Shown: one piece after another, positions 26,205 through 38,838 of the stretch
Layout of the letters: each line of letters begins with the position of its first letter
How positions within the stretch are numbered: the first letter of the stretch is position 1
Notes under the pieces: model-generated
Databases searched by the model: none
The model's input: only the letters and a program-made list of their open reading frames with translations
What the model was told of the DNA's origin: nothing
Translations under genes and position numbers: made by a program
Source of the DNA: Takakia lepidozioides
Taxonomy: Eukaryota > Plantae > Bryophyta
Length of the DNA: 64,000 nucleotides
Direction: 5' to 3'
Assembly: GCA_030704615.1 (NCBI GenBank)
Contig: CM060733.1
Location: 7,936,001 to 8,000,000, forward strand

Positions 26205-27125
26205 TGATACGGAAATGGTGAAAAGAGGAGAAACCACTCTATCACGTTATATAAGTGAAGCCAATGGCATCTTTGCTAAAGGACTCCACCATACAGACCT
26301 CACCCACTCTCCATCTCAAGTACTAGAGCTATGGCGGCGAGAGAGGCCTTGGGAGGCTCGACTAGAAGAAGACGAGCCTGCCTACGTCTCACATGGAGAT
26401 AACCTCCCTACGTCCCAAGTGAGGTTCGTCACCTCACTTGGCACATGGAACCAAATCCCAATGCCAACAAAATACAAATATAAATATATAATGTCTTAAT
26501 TAGCTAGAAATAACTATTTCTAACTAATCACAAACAAAACCATGACGATATCAATACACCCTGATATACCCGTCGGGTTATCAGGGTAATCAATATACCC
26601 GCCCAACACTAATATATTTCCTAGTTGTACAAAATGATGTGACGTGACACTTGCACATCAGCGTCACGTCTAAAGTCACGTCGCCTCAAAAACTAACTTT
26701 ATATTGTGTATTTGTTTTAATTTTTCGTTTTTATATTGCATAGTTTATCATTATAATACGTAAGTCGCCATGTCATATCTAACGATCCCAAATGTTTCTA
26801 AAAAAATTAATAAATCGAGATTGCTAATTTTTGTGGTCCCGAAATTCCTAAGAAAATAGTTAATAAATCAAGACCGCCAATGCTAACGGTCCCGGATTTT
26901 CAAAACAAAAATAATAAATCGTGACCGACAGCTCTAGGAGTCCCTATCTGTGAAAAAAAATAATAATAAATCGGGACAGCTAGCTCCGGCGATCGCGATT
27001 TGTAAGAGATTGTTTAATAAATTCCGGGCCGCCACCTCGATTTTTTTTCAATAAAATTGGGACCGTAAACATTGGCGTTGTCCAACTACACTTCCTAGCA
27101 TATAGTCCTAGAAAGTCACGCCACA
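26205..27125 (-). repeat. 5' LTR, interrupted: 26205-26546 and 27076-27125, separated by ~530 bp of unrelated AT-rich sequence
   Basis: On the + strand it begins TGATACGG and ends GCCACA (TG...CA). Both pieces match the 3' LTR. No canonical TGG-type PBS recognised. Confidence 0.75.
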
Positions 27126-27189
27126 ATAGATACGGAAATGGTGAAAAGAGGAGAAACCACGTGTCGCACGATGCTTAGGTGCACGACAA

Positions 27190-28302
27190 TATATATATAC
27201 CCTGGTGTGGCAAATTTAGGTACTTTGATGTATACCCTTATATTAGGGTATATTTTTATAATATACTCTTATCCTTCTATTTATCCTACATCAAGAAGTC
27301 CAATATACCCTTTTTTGGGAAGGGTATATGTTAAAATGAAGGGTATATCTAATCAGGGTATATAAGATAACATAGCCACAGCGGTAGCATTCAACGATGG
27401 TAGCATAGCAACAACGGTAGCATTCGAGATGACATTTAGCGTGGAGGTATTTTTTAGAGAATCTCACCCATCTAGCAAAATCTAGTAGTTCTTTTTCTAG
27501 GCAGAATAAGAGAGGGATTTTTTTTGGGACATAAGACTAGTGCCATACGACCTTTATGTGCTGTCTTCTCTCTTTTTGTTGTGTTGTTAGGGAGCCTTCA
27601 GTTGTAAGAAACCTCCAATCACAGCTGAAAAAAATGCTACATATCTATAATTCCTAAAATGCCATATAACCCAAAGAAAACCTCTTCAGATCCTACATAT
27701 ATTTTTTGAATCTCAAGCCTCTTTCCTCTTGCATTGGGAATTAAAGCCAAAATAATATGCAATATCTCATCAATTTTCTCTTTTACCATAGATTGTTTTT
27801 TTTGTTGTGTTATTATTATTATTTTTCCAACTGGGGGATTGTATCCCTGTTTAGCTTTATTATAAAATATTTGTTTGGCAAAAAAACCACCTTACAAGTT
27901 ATTCCTGTTCATTCGGGGGAAAAAATTAAAACCCCTTTTATGTCATGAGGCACACACACACACCGTATTCAGTGAATAAAGATCTTGGCCCCTCGAGGAG
28001 GGTGTTGTGTATTGGAAAACATCACAGTTTTTAAAAAATCATTAAATTATATATTGATTTTAATTATCCATACCCAGAAGCATATATATCTTTACGGGGG
28101 GTTATACCGGTATAGAATTTGAAAAGTTAATTTACCCATACCCGGAGGGTAAATAAATTTTTGAGATTTCAACTCCATACCCTGAGGGTAAATGATTTGA
28201 CAAAAGAAAATTACTTATACCCTAAGGGTATATTGAAATCAATATACCCGCCCAACACTGGTTTGTTACCCGGCCAGGCCCTATATACCAGTCCAACACT
28301 GG
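27190..28302. mobile_element. AT-rich non-autonomous DNA transposon remnant (hAT-like end)
   Basis: Many ATACCC/GGGTAT subterminal motifs. ATACCCGCCCAACACT (reverse complement of a CAGTGTT-type end) at ~28244 and also at ~26595. Confidence 0.45.
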
Positions 28303-29829
28303 TTTTCATCATAGGGGAAGAAAAGAAGAAGAAAGGTTAGTCTACCTTAGGGTTTCCAGTGTCTCGCATACTTCCTCAAGGGACTTGCTCAGGGAAAAAC
28401 ATTTGAAGTATTTGCGCAGATCAGTGTGGTCCTGGAGATAGTTTCCAGTTCCTCTCCTGTAGATCAGTGTCACGGCCCTTGCAGAGAGTTTCTCGCATAC
28501 CTCCTCAACCTGAAGGGACTTTTCTGACTTATCCCCCGCCTGATATGTGTTCTTCAGCCTCGAATCTCTTCTTGATCTTGAGAATGTAGTTTCAAGAGGA
28601 TCATTTTTACTTAAGTTCTTTTGAAGCCGGAAAGATTTTGTTTCTATCATGCGCCCAAGGACAAAAGGTGGCTGAAGACTTACACTAGATCAGCCTGGCC
28701 CTGGAAGAGAGTGACCAAATTCTACGACACCTCACCGACGAGGGCTTTATCGGACGACATATCCAAAGCCTGAAACTGACGCTTAATCTGTAAGAAGACG
28801 TTCAACACATCCTTTTCGGTCTGCATTCTTGTGTTTCCTGGTACTTTAGGACCTTCAACTTACAAAACTGAGGTAAATTTCCAGAACAAAGGCAGCCTCT
28901 GAGAGTCGGTTACATGTTGCTCAGGGACTCTCGAGTCTCTATATCAAACATCATGCTTGCTGGCACGCGCAATACTCTATAAGGCACTTGGTTTCATCTG
29001 GAGTGTCGAACTTTCGAATGGAGCCACAGTAGTGAACTTTATCTTAGTCGATCTTTATCTCAGTGTTTGAGCACTACCTAGATATAGTTAAATATTGTAC
29101 TCATAGCATCCTTTTGCAGTCAACCGTTTAGTCAGACGTTTCATCGTCATGCCTTGTTGTCACAGTGGCCAGCCTTGGGCTAGGGACCATTGAGATGGAT
29201 TGCAGAGAGGAAAGCATGTGCAGCCTGGTCAATTTCCCACATCAAGTGGGTCAATTTGTTTCAAAGTTGACAACCTGGAATCTTTTGCACAAGATGCCTA
29301 CAGCAGTGATTATCACAATGGCATACGTGTAGCATTTCCTAGTTCACAATTGCTGCATGGCTGTTGTGCACTTGGAGGCTTTCACTGTATGAACAATTTT
29401 AGTTCAGAAGTAGACAATTTGGGGGCTGCAGGAACTTGGAACGTGGACACTTCAAATGTGACTGAAACTGTAGTAAAATTTATCCAACCTTGCTGAGAGG
29501 TGGCGCCTATTCAGCAGGGTTAGGGCTAAATATTCCTTCATTGATTAACTTTCAGCAATTACAAAAATAGATCTGAGCTATCTTGAACTCTGTCACCTAT
29601 ACTAATAAGTGCTATGGTCAAGATTTCAATGATTGTTGAATCTAGTGCAATATACAAGAAATGCAAGATTAGAAGTTATATTAACTGGAAGGAGGCTTAA
29701 GCACACTGGCAATAGGCCAAAGATCCCTAACATTGAAATTTACAACTTACAGCTTGCACTGTTGAAGGTGCTGAAAGAGTGGTTAGCAATTTTAAGATTT
29801 GCCAAAGTTGATCCTGTCTTTGCAGTCAA

Positions 29830-30630
29830 GTGCCTCTGTCAGCACCTTAATAGCAGTTGAGGAAAAAGAAGTTTATGCTTGTGGTTGAGCTGCAGGGATA
29901 AACTGAACCCTGGTGGGTTCCACTAGGCTGTGGGAAACAATGTCTTATGTGTAGGGTAAGCCTCCGAGTGGAGGTGATTACCGAAATGGAGCCGACACGA
30001 GGAGGCTTACCGTGTGTGAAGAACGCACAGGGAACTGTTGTAAATGCACTGGCCAGCCTTGCGCATAGATTATAGGATCCTGATCCCTGCGACAGCCTTG
30101 GACGCTGGATTCACAGCTTTAAGCTCACCGGTTTCCTTGGAGGGGAAAAGCTGAAAGTTCTATACGAGTATATTCCTGTCTCTCTCTCTCTCTCTCTCTC
30201 TCTCCTCTCCCCCCCCCCTTCTCTCTCGTCTGCCCTACCCTGCCGTGCCCCCTGCTCCATTCCAAGAGTGACATACATGACATTTCTCAGACAGCCCCTA
30301 GGGCTATAAAAACTAAAATGAATAACCTTGCAACCTGGCTGACAAGGCTGACAGTTGGTATATCTTGCCAATAGGTCAATGCTGGAGCATAGAACAGCAC
30401 TGGCAGTAGTTCTATAAGGTTCTCCTCAGTCGTGGTACCGCATCATTGACAAGGTCAGCTCCCCCCCCCCCAACTCTGTCTCGGTCTGCCGTACCCTGCC
30501 CTGCCCTGCCCTGCTCCATTTCAAGAATGACAGACATCTCATTTCTGGGACAGCCCATAGGGCTATGAAATCTAAAATCAATAACCTTGCAGCGGGGCTG
30601 CTGTGTTCACATGTGGACTAGTGTTTCCAA
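29830..30630 (+). repeat. Dispersed repeat family (pieces at 29830-29930, 30230-30340, 30490-30630; also 51310-51490 and inverted at 56530-56700)
   Basis: Shared strings GAGCTGCAGGGATAAACTGAA and ACATTTCT..GAC..CCC..AGGGCTA..AAA.CT.AAAT.AAT.ACCTTGCA. Confidence 0.75.
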
Positions 30631-30914
30631 ATCTGATTATGCTTGAAGGGTACATACCTTCAACCCTAAATTTAGCACGATATTTTTTATCGTTTCTTCA
30701 GGGGAGGCTGTAGCAAAACACAATGTCCAGTGGTCCATTGTTCAAATCCCCACTCCTGCAGATTTGGTTTTGCACAGTATCGTGGCCAGCAGTAGTTTGC
30801 ATTCAACTCCAGAGGGTTTTTGCTGAGGTTTTATTTGTGGTAAATTGCCATTGGGGGTGAATGCAGATCTACCACTTCTCAGACCTAAGAACAGAGGCAG
30901 GACTATAGCAGAAA

Positions 30915-33900
30915 ATGGCAGAGAAGGCAGATAACGGCGATGTCGCCAATTCAGCAGCACATCACCAGGTCGCCAAACCTCCACCGGCTCCTTCACCACT
31001 GCGACTATCGAAGTTCACCTGTGTAAGACATTAAAGGCCTCTGAGTTTGTGCTATGTAGGATCTGGAATTTTGAATACTGGATCCGGGCCACTCCTGTGG
31101 TTTATAACGACAATGGGCACCTCATGCACTTCTCACAGAGATACACTCCCGTGTATAAATTCTGTCCCTCATTTTGGATGGAACAGAAAAGATAGGGTTG
31201 ATACTTGATACCAATTCTCAATCTCACCCTGCAAAGGATGTGCATGGCACCAATCCAACATTGCAAACCTTGTCAGATTCTGATCGAGTGCTTGAAGTTT
31301 TGAAGGAAAATTCTCTACAGCAGTTAACATGTGGTATGAATTCCGTCCCACTAAGGATGGGTGTTGTATGGCACCAAGCCGACTTACGCTTGACTGCAAA
31401 TCTTTTCAGATTGTGTCTAAATGGGTTTTGAAGTTACAATTTGGAAAAGAAATTATCTTCAAGTCATGGTAGCTCAGACAAGCATTAAAGTCCTCCCCAG
31501 CAGTCAGGATAAGATCACTCCATATTCTGCGGGTCTCTTAGAGTGGAAAGTATTTCAAATGTATGAGTCTGAGTTCCAAATCTGTGTTTCTGGTGGAATT
31601 TCACACGGAGAACAAAAGATGCTCTGCTGGAATGTATGCCGGACTTGCATTTACAGATTCTTGCCTCTTGTGTGCAGGCAAAGATGCGGATTTTGGTCAC
31701 AGGAGGTGCAGGCTTTATTGGGTCCCATTTGGTGGACCGCCTTATGGAAGCTGGCACCAATGAGGTTTGACATTGCACTGTACTGTCAAACTTTTTCCTT
31801 GGTAAAGGAAAGAAAATGCTTCACATTTAGTCTGCCTTTTCCAAGACATAGTAGCATGCTGGCCGTTCCTCCAATCACTGAACACATGGTGGCACGTGCG
31901 TGAAATTCGCTGGAATTGATTCAATAGCTTGGGTTTGTTGGCCATTTGACAAGAGTTCCTCTATAGCTGTGAGAATGTACTCATGTGATATTGTTTGCCA
32001 TAGCCTTGTGATATTGATCCTCTATAGCTGTGAGAGAGGATGCGGAAGGGAGAGAACAAAATATTGCCACAATTCTGAAGTTACGTCACCCTCTAGATTT
32101 GCTAATGGAAGATATGTGTTTATGTAGGTCATTGTGGCTGATAACTTCTTCACAGGAACAAAGGACAATCTGAGGAAATGGATTGGTCACCCCAACTTTG
32201 AGCTTATTCGGCATGGTGAGCTCCCACTTGCTTAGCTTGTCTTACTTCTTTTTCCCCTCCTTTAGTGCCCTGCTAGACAGCCAAAACTGTCTCCTACCCA
32301 CGGGAAGGGTGAGACAGAAGGGTGACTGGATTGAGGAACAGAAAGCAGTAGACTGTTATAAGAGGAAGAGAGGGAGGCAATTTTTTTCCAATCTGTAAGC
32401 AGTCAGTGTGCTCTGGATTTTGAAGAACGAGAGGGGCGGGTTTAGAGAGGAGAAGGCTGGCATTCAAGGGTCTATAGGGAAGGACTAAATGGACGAAGGG
32501 GGAGAGGTAGGAGAATAAATGTGGATCAGGCCTTGTGCTCGACTAACTGACAGCAGAGGAGGAGACTCCTGCCAAAGCAGGCATGACTTATGGTGTCCCT
32601 TCACCCCAAAGGGGCTACTAGCTTCCATTTGGAAGGTGGACACTTTCTAACGGCCGTAACCGGGCACCCAAACATTTAGTAACCGATTGACCCTGAACTC
32701 TCCCTTTTGTAGCTGGGTTGGCTATAATGGGTGACGTCCGGCATACACCTATGTGGCTTTGAACCCACAACCACTTGTAAGGCGGCCTTCTGGCCTAACC
32801 ACTCGGCCATCTGCTCGATGCTTAACTGATAGCCTTAAGTATACTCAAATCAAACAAGGCCGATTTTGGTTGTGCAGATGTGACGGAAACACTCTTGGTG
32901 GAAGTGGACCAGATTTACCATCTGGCATGCCCTGCCTCTCCCATTTTCTACAAACACAACCCTGTGAAGGTCTGGACAAGTTCCAATTACTTTTCTTGAT
33001 TGGCTTAACCCTGGAGTGTAACCAGTGCATCTTACAACATATAGCACCTTGTTGTAAGGTCTACTGAAGGCCAAGACAGTGTTACCCTAGATTTGTTCGG
33101 GGTTTTGGGTTGTGGTCACTAATCAAGATTGTAGCTTCTGGATGTATCACAGCGACTCTATCGAAGGACGATTGTAGAACTTTTGGTCACAAGGGGTGAA
33201 TGTGATGCTAGGCATGCTGTATAGATTGAATGCCAGCCTTTTAAGAGTCTGTTCTTCAGAGTGCTATTACCAACATACAGGACATGGATTTGTGGCCATA
33301 TGCTTGAAAAAATTGGTAAGGTGTTCTAAGACTAGCTTTTTTGGTGGCAGACCATCAAGACAAATGTGATGGGCACTTTGAACATGCTTGGCCTTGCCAA
33401 ACGTGTGGGGGCCAGGTGCGTCAATTCTATTGTCTCTGTCTCTCTCCCTTTGGCTTTCTCCTCTAAGCTCCTTGAGCTTCCCATGGACGTATTGAAGTTT
33501 CTTTCTTTCTTTCTCGTTCCTTTCTTTCAATCTTTTCATTGCTTCCTATGGTTCTCCTGTGTTTTTCTCTGTGGACGCAATAAATTTCTTTCTTCTTTGT
33601 CTCTTTTCCTTTTTCCCTTGTGGTTCTACTGTGTTCTTCTCTCATCTCCCCTTTATTTTTTGACAGTGTGACTGGCACTGCCATAATTTGCACAGCCACA
33701 TTTGTCAGATCTGTTTCCAACAGGAGCCTATAGCTGCAGAGATGGAATGGACCTCATACATCATAGTATGAGGCTCAATGCCAGAGCACTGTACAACAAT
33801 AGCCAATACCCTGTAACTCGTCAGCTGTGCACTAGCACTTTGCTAAGTTGGAGCTGAATTTCATATACCCTGGTGAACTGAAACCCCACAATCAACTTTT

Positions 33901-36900
33901 GGACTTTTATTATCCTGTGGGAACTATGCCCTCAAGGAATAATGATTAACTACATTCTCTCTTTCAGAAATTTCTTCTTGTCCCATAGGGCCTGTGGGCT
34001 TCCAGCCATCCTCTTCTTGTGCAATCTCAATGGTCAATAAGAATACTGTAACTGTGTTGAGAGAATAGATGGTGTTCATCTAGAAAGAGGGGTGTGTTGT
34101 GGAGGCCTCGCTAACCTGGGCTTGAAAACGAGGTAGACCCACTTTGAATTCCATACAGAAGCTGTAGCCAATCACTGATCACGCCAATATGATTGCCGTT
34201 ATATCCTCTCTTAGTCTGCAGTTGTCTTATCACTCTTGTTCTGTTTTGATCTCTCTGTTTTACTCTCTGTCTCTAGCCAACTCGATTCTCAAGGATATGT
34301 ATGCAAACTCAAGGGATTACAATGATGGATATATGCTTGGGGTCTGCTGTAACAGAATTTTGCTGACATCAACATCAGAAGTGTATGGGGATCCATTGGA
34401 GCACCCACAGAAGGAGGAGTATTGGGGAAATGTGAATCCCATCGGTCAGCCTCTTACCATTAGCTAGAAGATCTTACTTCCTGCATTTTCGCATTGCACA
34501 CTCCTCGGATATTGAAAATGGCCTTACTAATGAGGATAGTAGCCTATCAATTCATGCTTTATCTGGTAGGTGACTATTCTACATCAAACTCAGCTACTAG
34601 TCTTGCTAGGTTATGTCTTTGTGAGGGTACATCTCCTCTCCGTTAGTAGGGTATGGTATTTGCTTGGTCTTCATTTGGTACCAGTGGCAGAAATTACTAA
34701 GATGCTTGGGTATGGCATAGTTGGGAGTGACCACTCTCGACATGCCTCAAAATCTCCTGCCACCGACTGCTTGTGGGTGCAATAAGTTCATGTGGGAATT
34801 ATGCAAAATGCATGCTAAATTGGGATCTCGTAATGATAATATTGGTTACAGGGGTCAGAAGCTGCTATGACGAGGGGAAGCGGGTTGCTGAGACCCTTAT
34901 GTTCGATTACCATCGGCAGCATGGCATTGGTAAAGTTGTTGCCACAATGTGTAGTGTAGTTTCTTTGTTGATTTCTTCTTGATAGTGTAGCACATGATCA
35001 GGAGATTGGATCAATGCAGTATTGCTTAAGGAGATTAGTGTTTGTTGTAGGCCTCCATAGTTTTCTGGGCCAAGAGCTAGTGAAAGAGAGAAGAGAAATT
35101 TATCCACGGGAGGCCCTCTGTCAGTGGAACTACAAGAGAAAACCAAAAGTTGTAGGCAAGAGAGATTGCACTTAGTTCCCCACCTTCAGCGATTTTCATT
35201 GCAATTTGCTGATGCATGGGACAGGATGCAGTGATGATACGCTTTGCCATCTATACAGATGTTGTAGCCTGTGGCTGGATAAATCTCTCTGGGTTTGTTG
35301 TCACTCATGTTGAGACATGTCCCATAGGGATCAATCTTTCATTTACAAGTTTGGTGTTTGTACTTGCCCATCAGAATGGGGACACAGCAGCAGAGTAGGA
35401 ATCAGCTGACATTTGGCAAGTTCTATGGATTTCATGTCACCACAACCTCTTGGTGCAGAGATCCGTATTGCACGAATTTTCAACACTTACGGGCCCCGCA
35501 TGAATATTGATGATGGTCGTGTTGTGAGCAATTTCATAGCTCAAGCATTGAGGTGTGAGATCCTTCTGGCTCAGTTTATCCTATTGGAGTGATGGTTCTG
35601 TGTACATTGTATACGTCATCTGTCTTGTCTCTTCTCTGCCCCATGCACTTCCTACCCAATTTGTAGCTGTTGGGAAGACAGGAGATTTGTGCTCAATGAT
35701 GCATCTCCAGCAAATTGAAGCCTGCAAGGCGCCAATGGACCTCTTCTGGATTACACTCACATACCTGTGGTTGTGAGATGTCTGTGGGTCGTGTTTGGAT
35801 TTACAATGTGTAGTGCTTTGAATTATGTAGCAGAGTCAGTTTGTGGAAGATTGCACTTATGTTTAAGTGTGTTCCATGGTGGCTGCAGAGGGGAGACTAT
35901 GACCGTGCAAGCACCAGGCACCCAGACTCGCAGTTTTTGTTACGTGTCGGATATGGTAAAGAGGCATATGTGAAGAGGGCTCCTGAACTTAAACAAGTCT
36001 GAGCATGTTCATGTGCTTCCCCCAGAATTAGCATATCGTAAGTTTGTCTGTGGAATCTGGTCACTTAAAGCAGTGATCTCCCCCCTCCATCCCAATTTTA
36101 TTTGTCCTGTTGCTGCAATACTCAGGTGGAGGGACTGATTCGGCTTATGGGTGGAGACTTCACCGGGCCCATCAACATTGGCAATCCTGGTACTGTAATG
36201 CTGCTGGATACTGAAGTGTGTTTGCATCTGATTAGGATGCTGCTCTGACTGGGAGCTGTTGTTTGTCAGGGTAACGTGTATGTAGTAAGTGCCAATGGTT
36301 CAGTAAAAGGCAGAGTGGCCATGTGGCATCATAGTTTCTGCAATTTCAATGGTCCACCACAAATCTTGAATCTCAGATATTGCTACTGACAGATGAGAAT
36401 AACGGCCTTTGGGGGGTATAGTGCTTTGGAATTGCCACTGGTCTATACACAACAAAGAAAACTGACGTATGAGAACGTGAGGGCTTAAGCAGACTATGTG
36501 TATGTGCAGGGGAGTTTACAATGCTGGAGCTTGCAGCAGCAGTGAAGGAGGTACATTGACTTTTCCCATGACTTAGAAAATCATCAAATTCATGAAGGGC
36601 AGGATCAGGACACATGAATAGAGATTTAACTTGTGAGGCAGAGATGTCCTGCCTGGAGTGTTCCTTGCATGCTTATGTCCTTACTGCGCCAAATTTGAGT
36701 TATCCAGCAATTGACTGCACCACTTCTTGCAGCTGGTCATCGAAACTGATACTTGGGAACTGGAAAATAACCATGTTGATGAAGGTAAGTAAACTTGCAG
36801 TGATAGAAGAAGCAGCGGTTGGTTTTAGCAAGAGATTGACTGTAGTTTGCCCTGAACGAGCCCAATACATTAAGCCTCTGATAAGGTATGGTTATTATAT

Positions 36901-37611
36901 TTGTAAATCTCTCTTCCTATCAATGCATACGCTGACAAATTCAAATCTGGTTCTGGGCTCATGGGAACTCAGTTGGTAGAACCGTCTGCGTCTTGGAAGA
37001 TTGTGGAGAACACTCCTGATGACCCACGGAAGCGCAAGCCTGACATCACCAAAGCCACCAAGCTTCTTGGATGGGAACCCAAGGTAAATCTCGTCTCTGG
37101 GTTAAGTATGACAAGTTCAGTATGAAGAAACTCCCAGGGCCCTGCAATGAGAGAGATTTCTCCAGAGACTGCAGTATCTGTGGAAAGGCCCATGCTTGGA
37201 TGTTGGCATGTGCTTCCTTGCCATCTTCAAAACAATAAATCGTGTATATATTTCTGCAGAAGAAACCTGGCAGATCTTTGTAGGGCTGGTTTTGGCAGGG
37301 CCACTTTTTCTGGAAGTGTAGTTCCTCTCTTTTGAATTTTGGTGCATGTCTTGAATTACACCTCCAGAAAAGTAATGCTGCCAAAACTAACTAAATTTGG
37401 ATGACAAGTTCAAGCTTTCTTACCATGGGTCTTTTGAAAAGCAACCTATGCCGTTGACTGCTAATGTTATACAACTTATCCTTGTTCAGTGTTGGAACCC
37501 AGCTCCTAAGCTTGTCTCTGGTTGATATGTGTCTGCCAGGTCACTTTGCGGGAGGGGCTCCCCTTGATGGCAGCTGACTTTCGTGATAGGCTAAACATTC
37601 CCAAGAAGTAA
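30915..37611 (+). CDS. UXS: UDP-glucuronate decarboxylase / UDP-xylose synthase, soluble UXS3/5/6 type; 13 coding exons (30915-31022, 31678-31764, 32128-32215, 32878-32969, 33351-33415, 34356-34444, 34852-34929, 35459-35552, 35889-35955, 36126-36189, 36510-36550, 36973-37083, 37540-37611)
   Basis: GT-AG exons give [86 protein letters not shown] and [16 protein letters not shown]. Confidence 0.96.
32590..32816 (-). mobile_element. tRNA-derived SINE in UXS intron 3; 3' end approximate
   Basis: The minus strand reads GAGCAGA-TGGCCGAGTGG (A box) ... GGGTTCAAAGCC (B box) at tRNA-like spacing, but no proper cloverleaf forms. Confidence 0.65.
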
Positions 37612-38838
37612 GCTGTGGTTGGTAATTTAGCCTCGTACCATTTTGTGTACTCATACAGGCTTGTAGGCCAACATTTTGTATCCCTTATAACCCAAATTGC
37701 TGCATTTTGTGGGAGGGTAAATAAACCGCCTCATGCAGGCATCAAGGCAACTGTAATGGACAATGTTTGCTAAGTGCAACAAACGCATTTACTGCTCTAT
37801 GATTGAGTGAGTCTGGGTCCTTGGTTGGTTGAATGGACAACCTTCCAGTTGGCATGAGTTTCTCTTTGCACAGTACTATGATTGTCTTTAGCATGTGAAA
37901 AGGTGCAAGCACAACTTGAGTTGGCAGCTATTGATCGTATTGAGATTGTACCTACAGTCTTGGTTTGTTATTGGCACCCTTAATTGAGAATGACGAGTGA
38001 TTAGCCCCCTTCAACAACACACAGGAAGCACAAGTTTTAAGATCTCGCTGAGGAGCGCATGATGCATCAGTCACTACCAAAGAGGGTTCTTGGAAGACTT
38101 CAGAAGCTTATTATCTGGTGCTGCCATAGTCACATCTCACTGATCCTCATGTGCTCCAATTGCTGCGGCCTGAGATGGAAAACAAACTTGAAAGCTCAGC
38201 CGCTCTTGCCAAAATATTGTGATTATGTTGCTCAAAACCAGGGCTCTTCTGGTAAGATCTCAATACGAAGTGGCCAGTATGTTCTTCAACAATGTACTAA
38301 AGGCTGTACTAAATATGAAGAAAGAACAAAATGATTATCATTTTTCAACAGGGGAGTTTATGTTTGGATGAGTTTTACATATACGGATGGATGTCGTCAC
38401 ATTCAAATTCAAGTTTATAAAATGTTATTTGTTCCCCCGCCATCAAAGGGTCTCTCCTCTTTTCTCTCTTCCTCTTTTCAGCCGTTCTCTGTTTGTCTGC
38501 TTGGCAGCCTACCTGCACGAGGCCTTCACCCTTACACAATCGCTAGAACGTTAGTTCTTATTCTTGGGTTCTGGATTTCTTCCTCTCATGGTTTCTTCCA
38601 TTTTGTCCCATAAGCTCTATGAGCTTTCCGCGGACGTTATAAAGCACCATTTCATTTCATTTCATTTCTGTTTGCATGGTGTTGTTACGTGAGCTTGTGG
38701 GCTGCCCATTGACGTTATTTCCTTCTTAGTATCTTTCTCTTTCCTTCCCTTTTCACTCCATGGGGGCAAGACTTGTTTTTTCTTGAGGGGTGCCAATTGG
38801 GGCTCCAAATATCTCCGTTGTTTCCCGTAGATTGGGTC

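Larger units (their letters stand above)
16858..27160 (-). mobile_element. Ty3/Gypsy LTR retrotransposon (decayed); domain order gag-PR-DNMT-RT-RH-INT-PHD
   Basis: Paired LTR sequences, a PPT, a gag zinc knuckle, PR LLDSGA, RT YIDD, RNase H, then integrase (RT-RH-INT is the Gypsy order). Many stops and frameshifts. Confidence 0.93.

Noticed and set aside
26215-26499. 94-aa ORF inside the LTR
   Set aside because: The other LTR copy has a stop and a 5-bp indel in this frame, and no family was recognised.
16858-27190. DIRS/Ngaro element suggested by the split terminal repeats
   Set aside because: The element has an aspartic protease, a DDE integrase and a PPT, and no tyrosine recombinase was recognised.
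28330-28900. Possible LINE 3' fragment (EDVQHILF, zinc-knuckle-like)
   Set aside because: Only one weak motif, too decayed to support a call.
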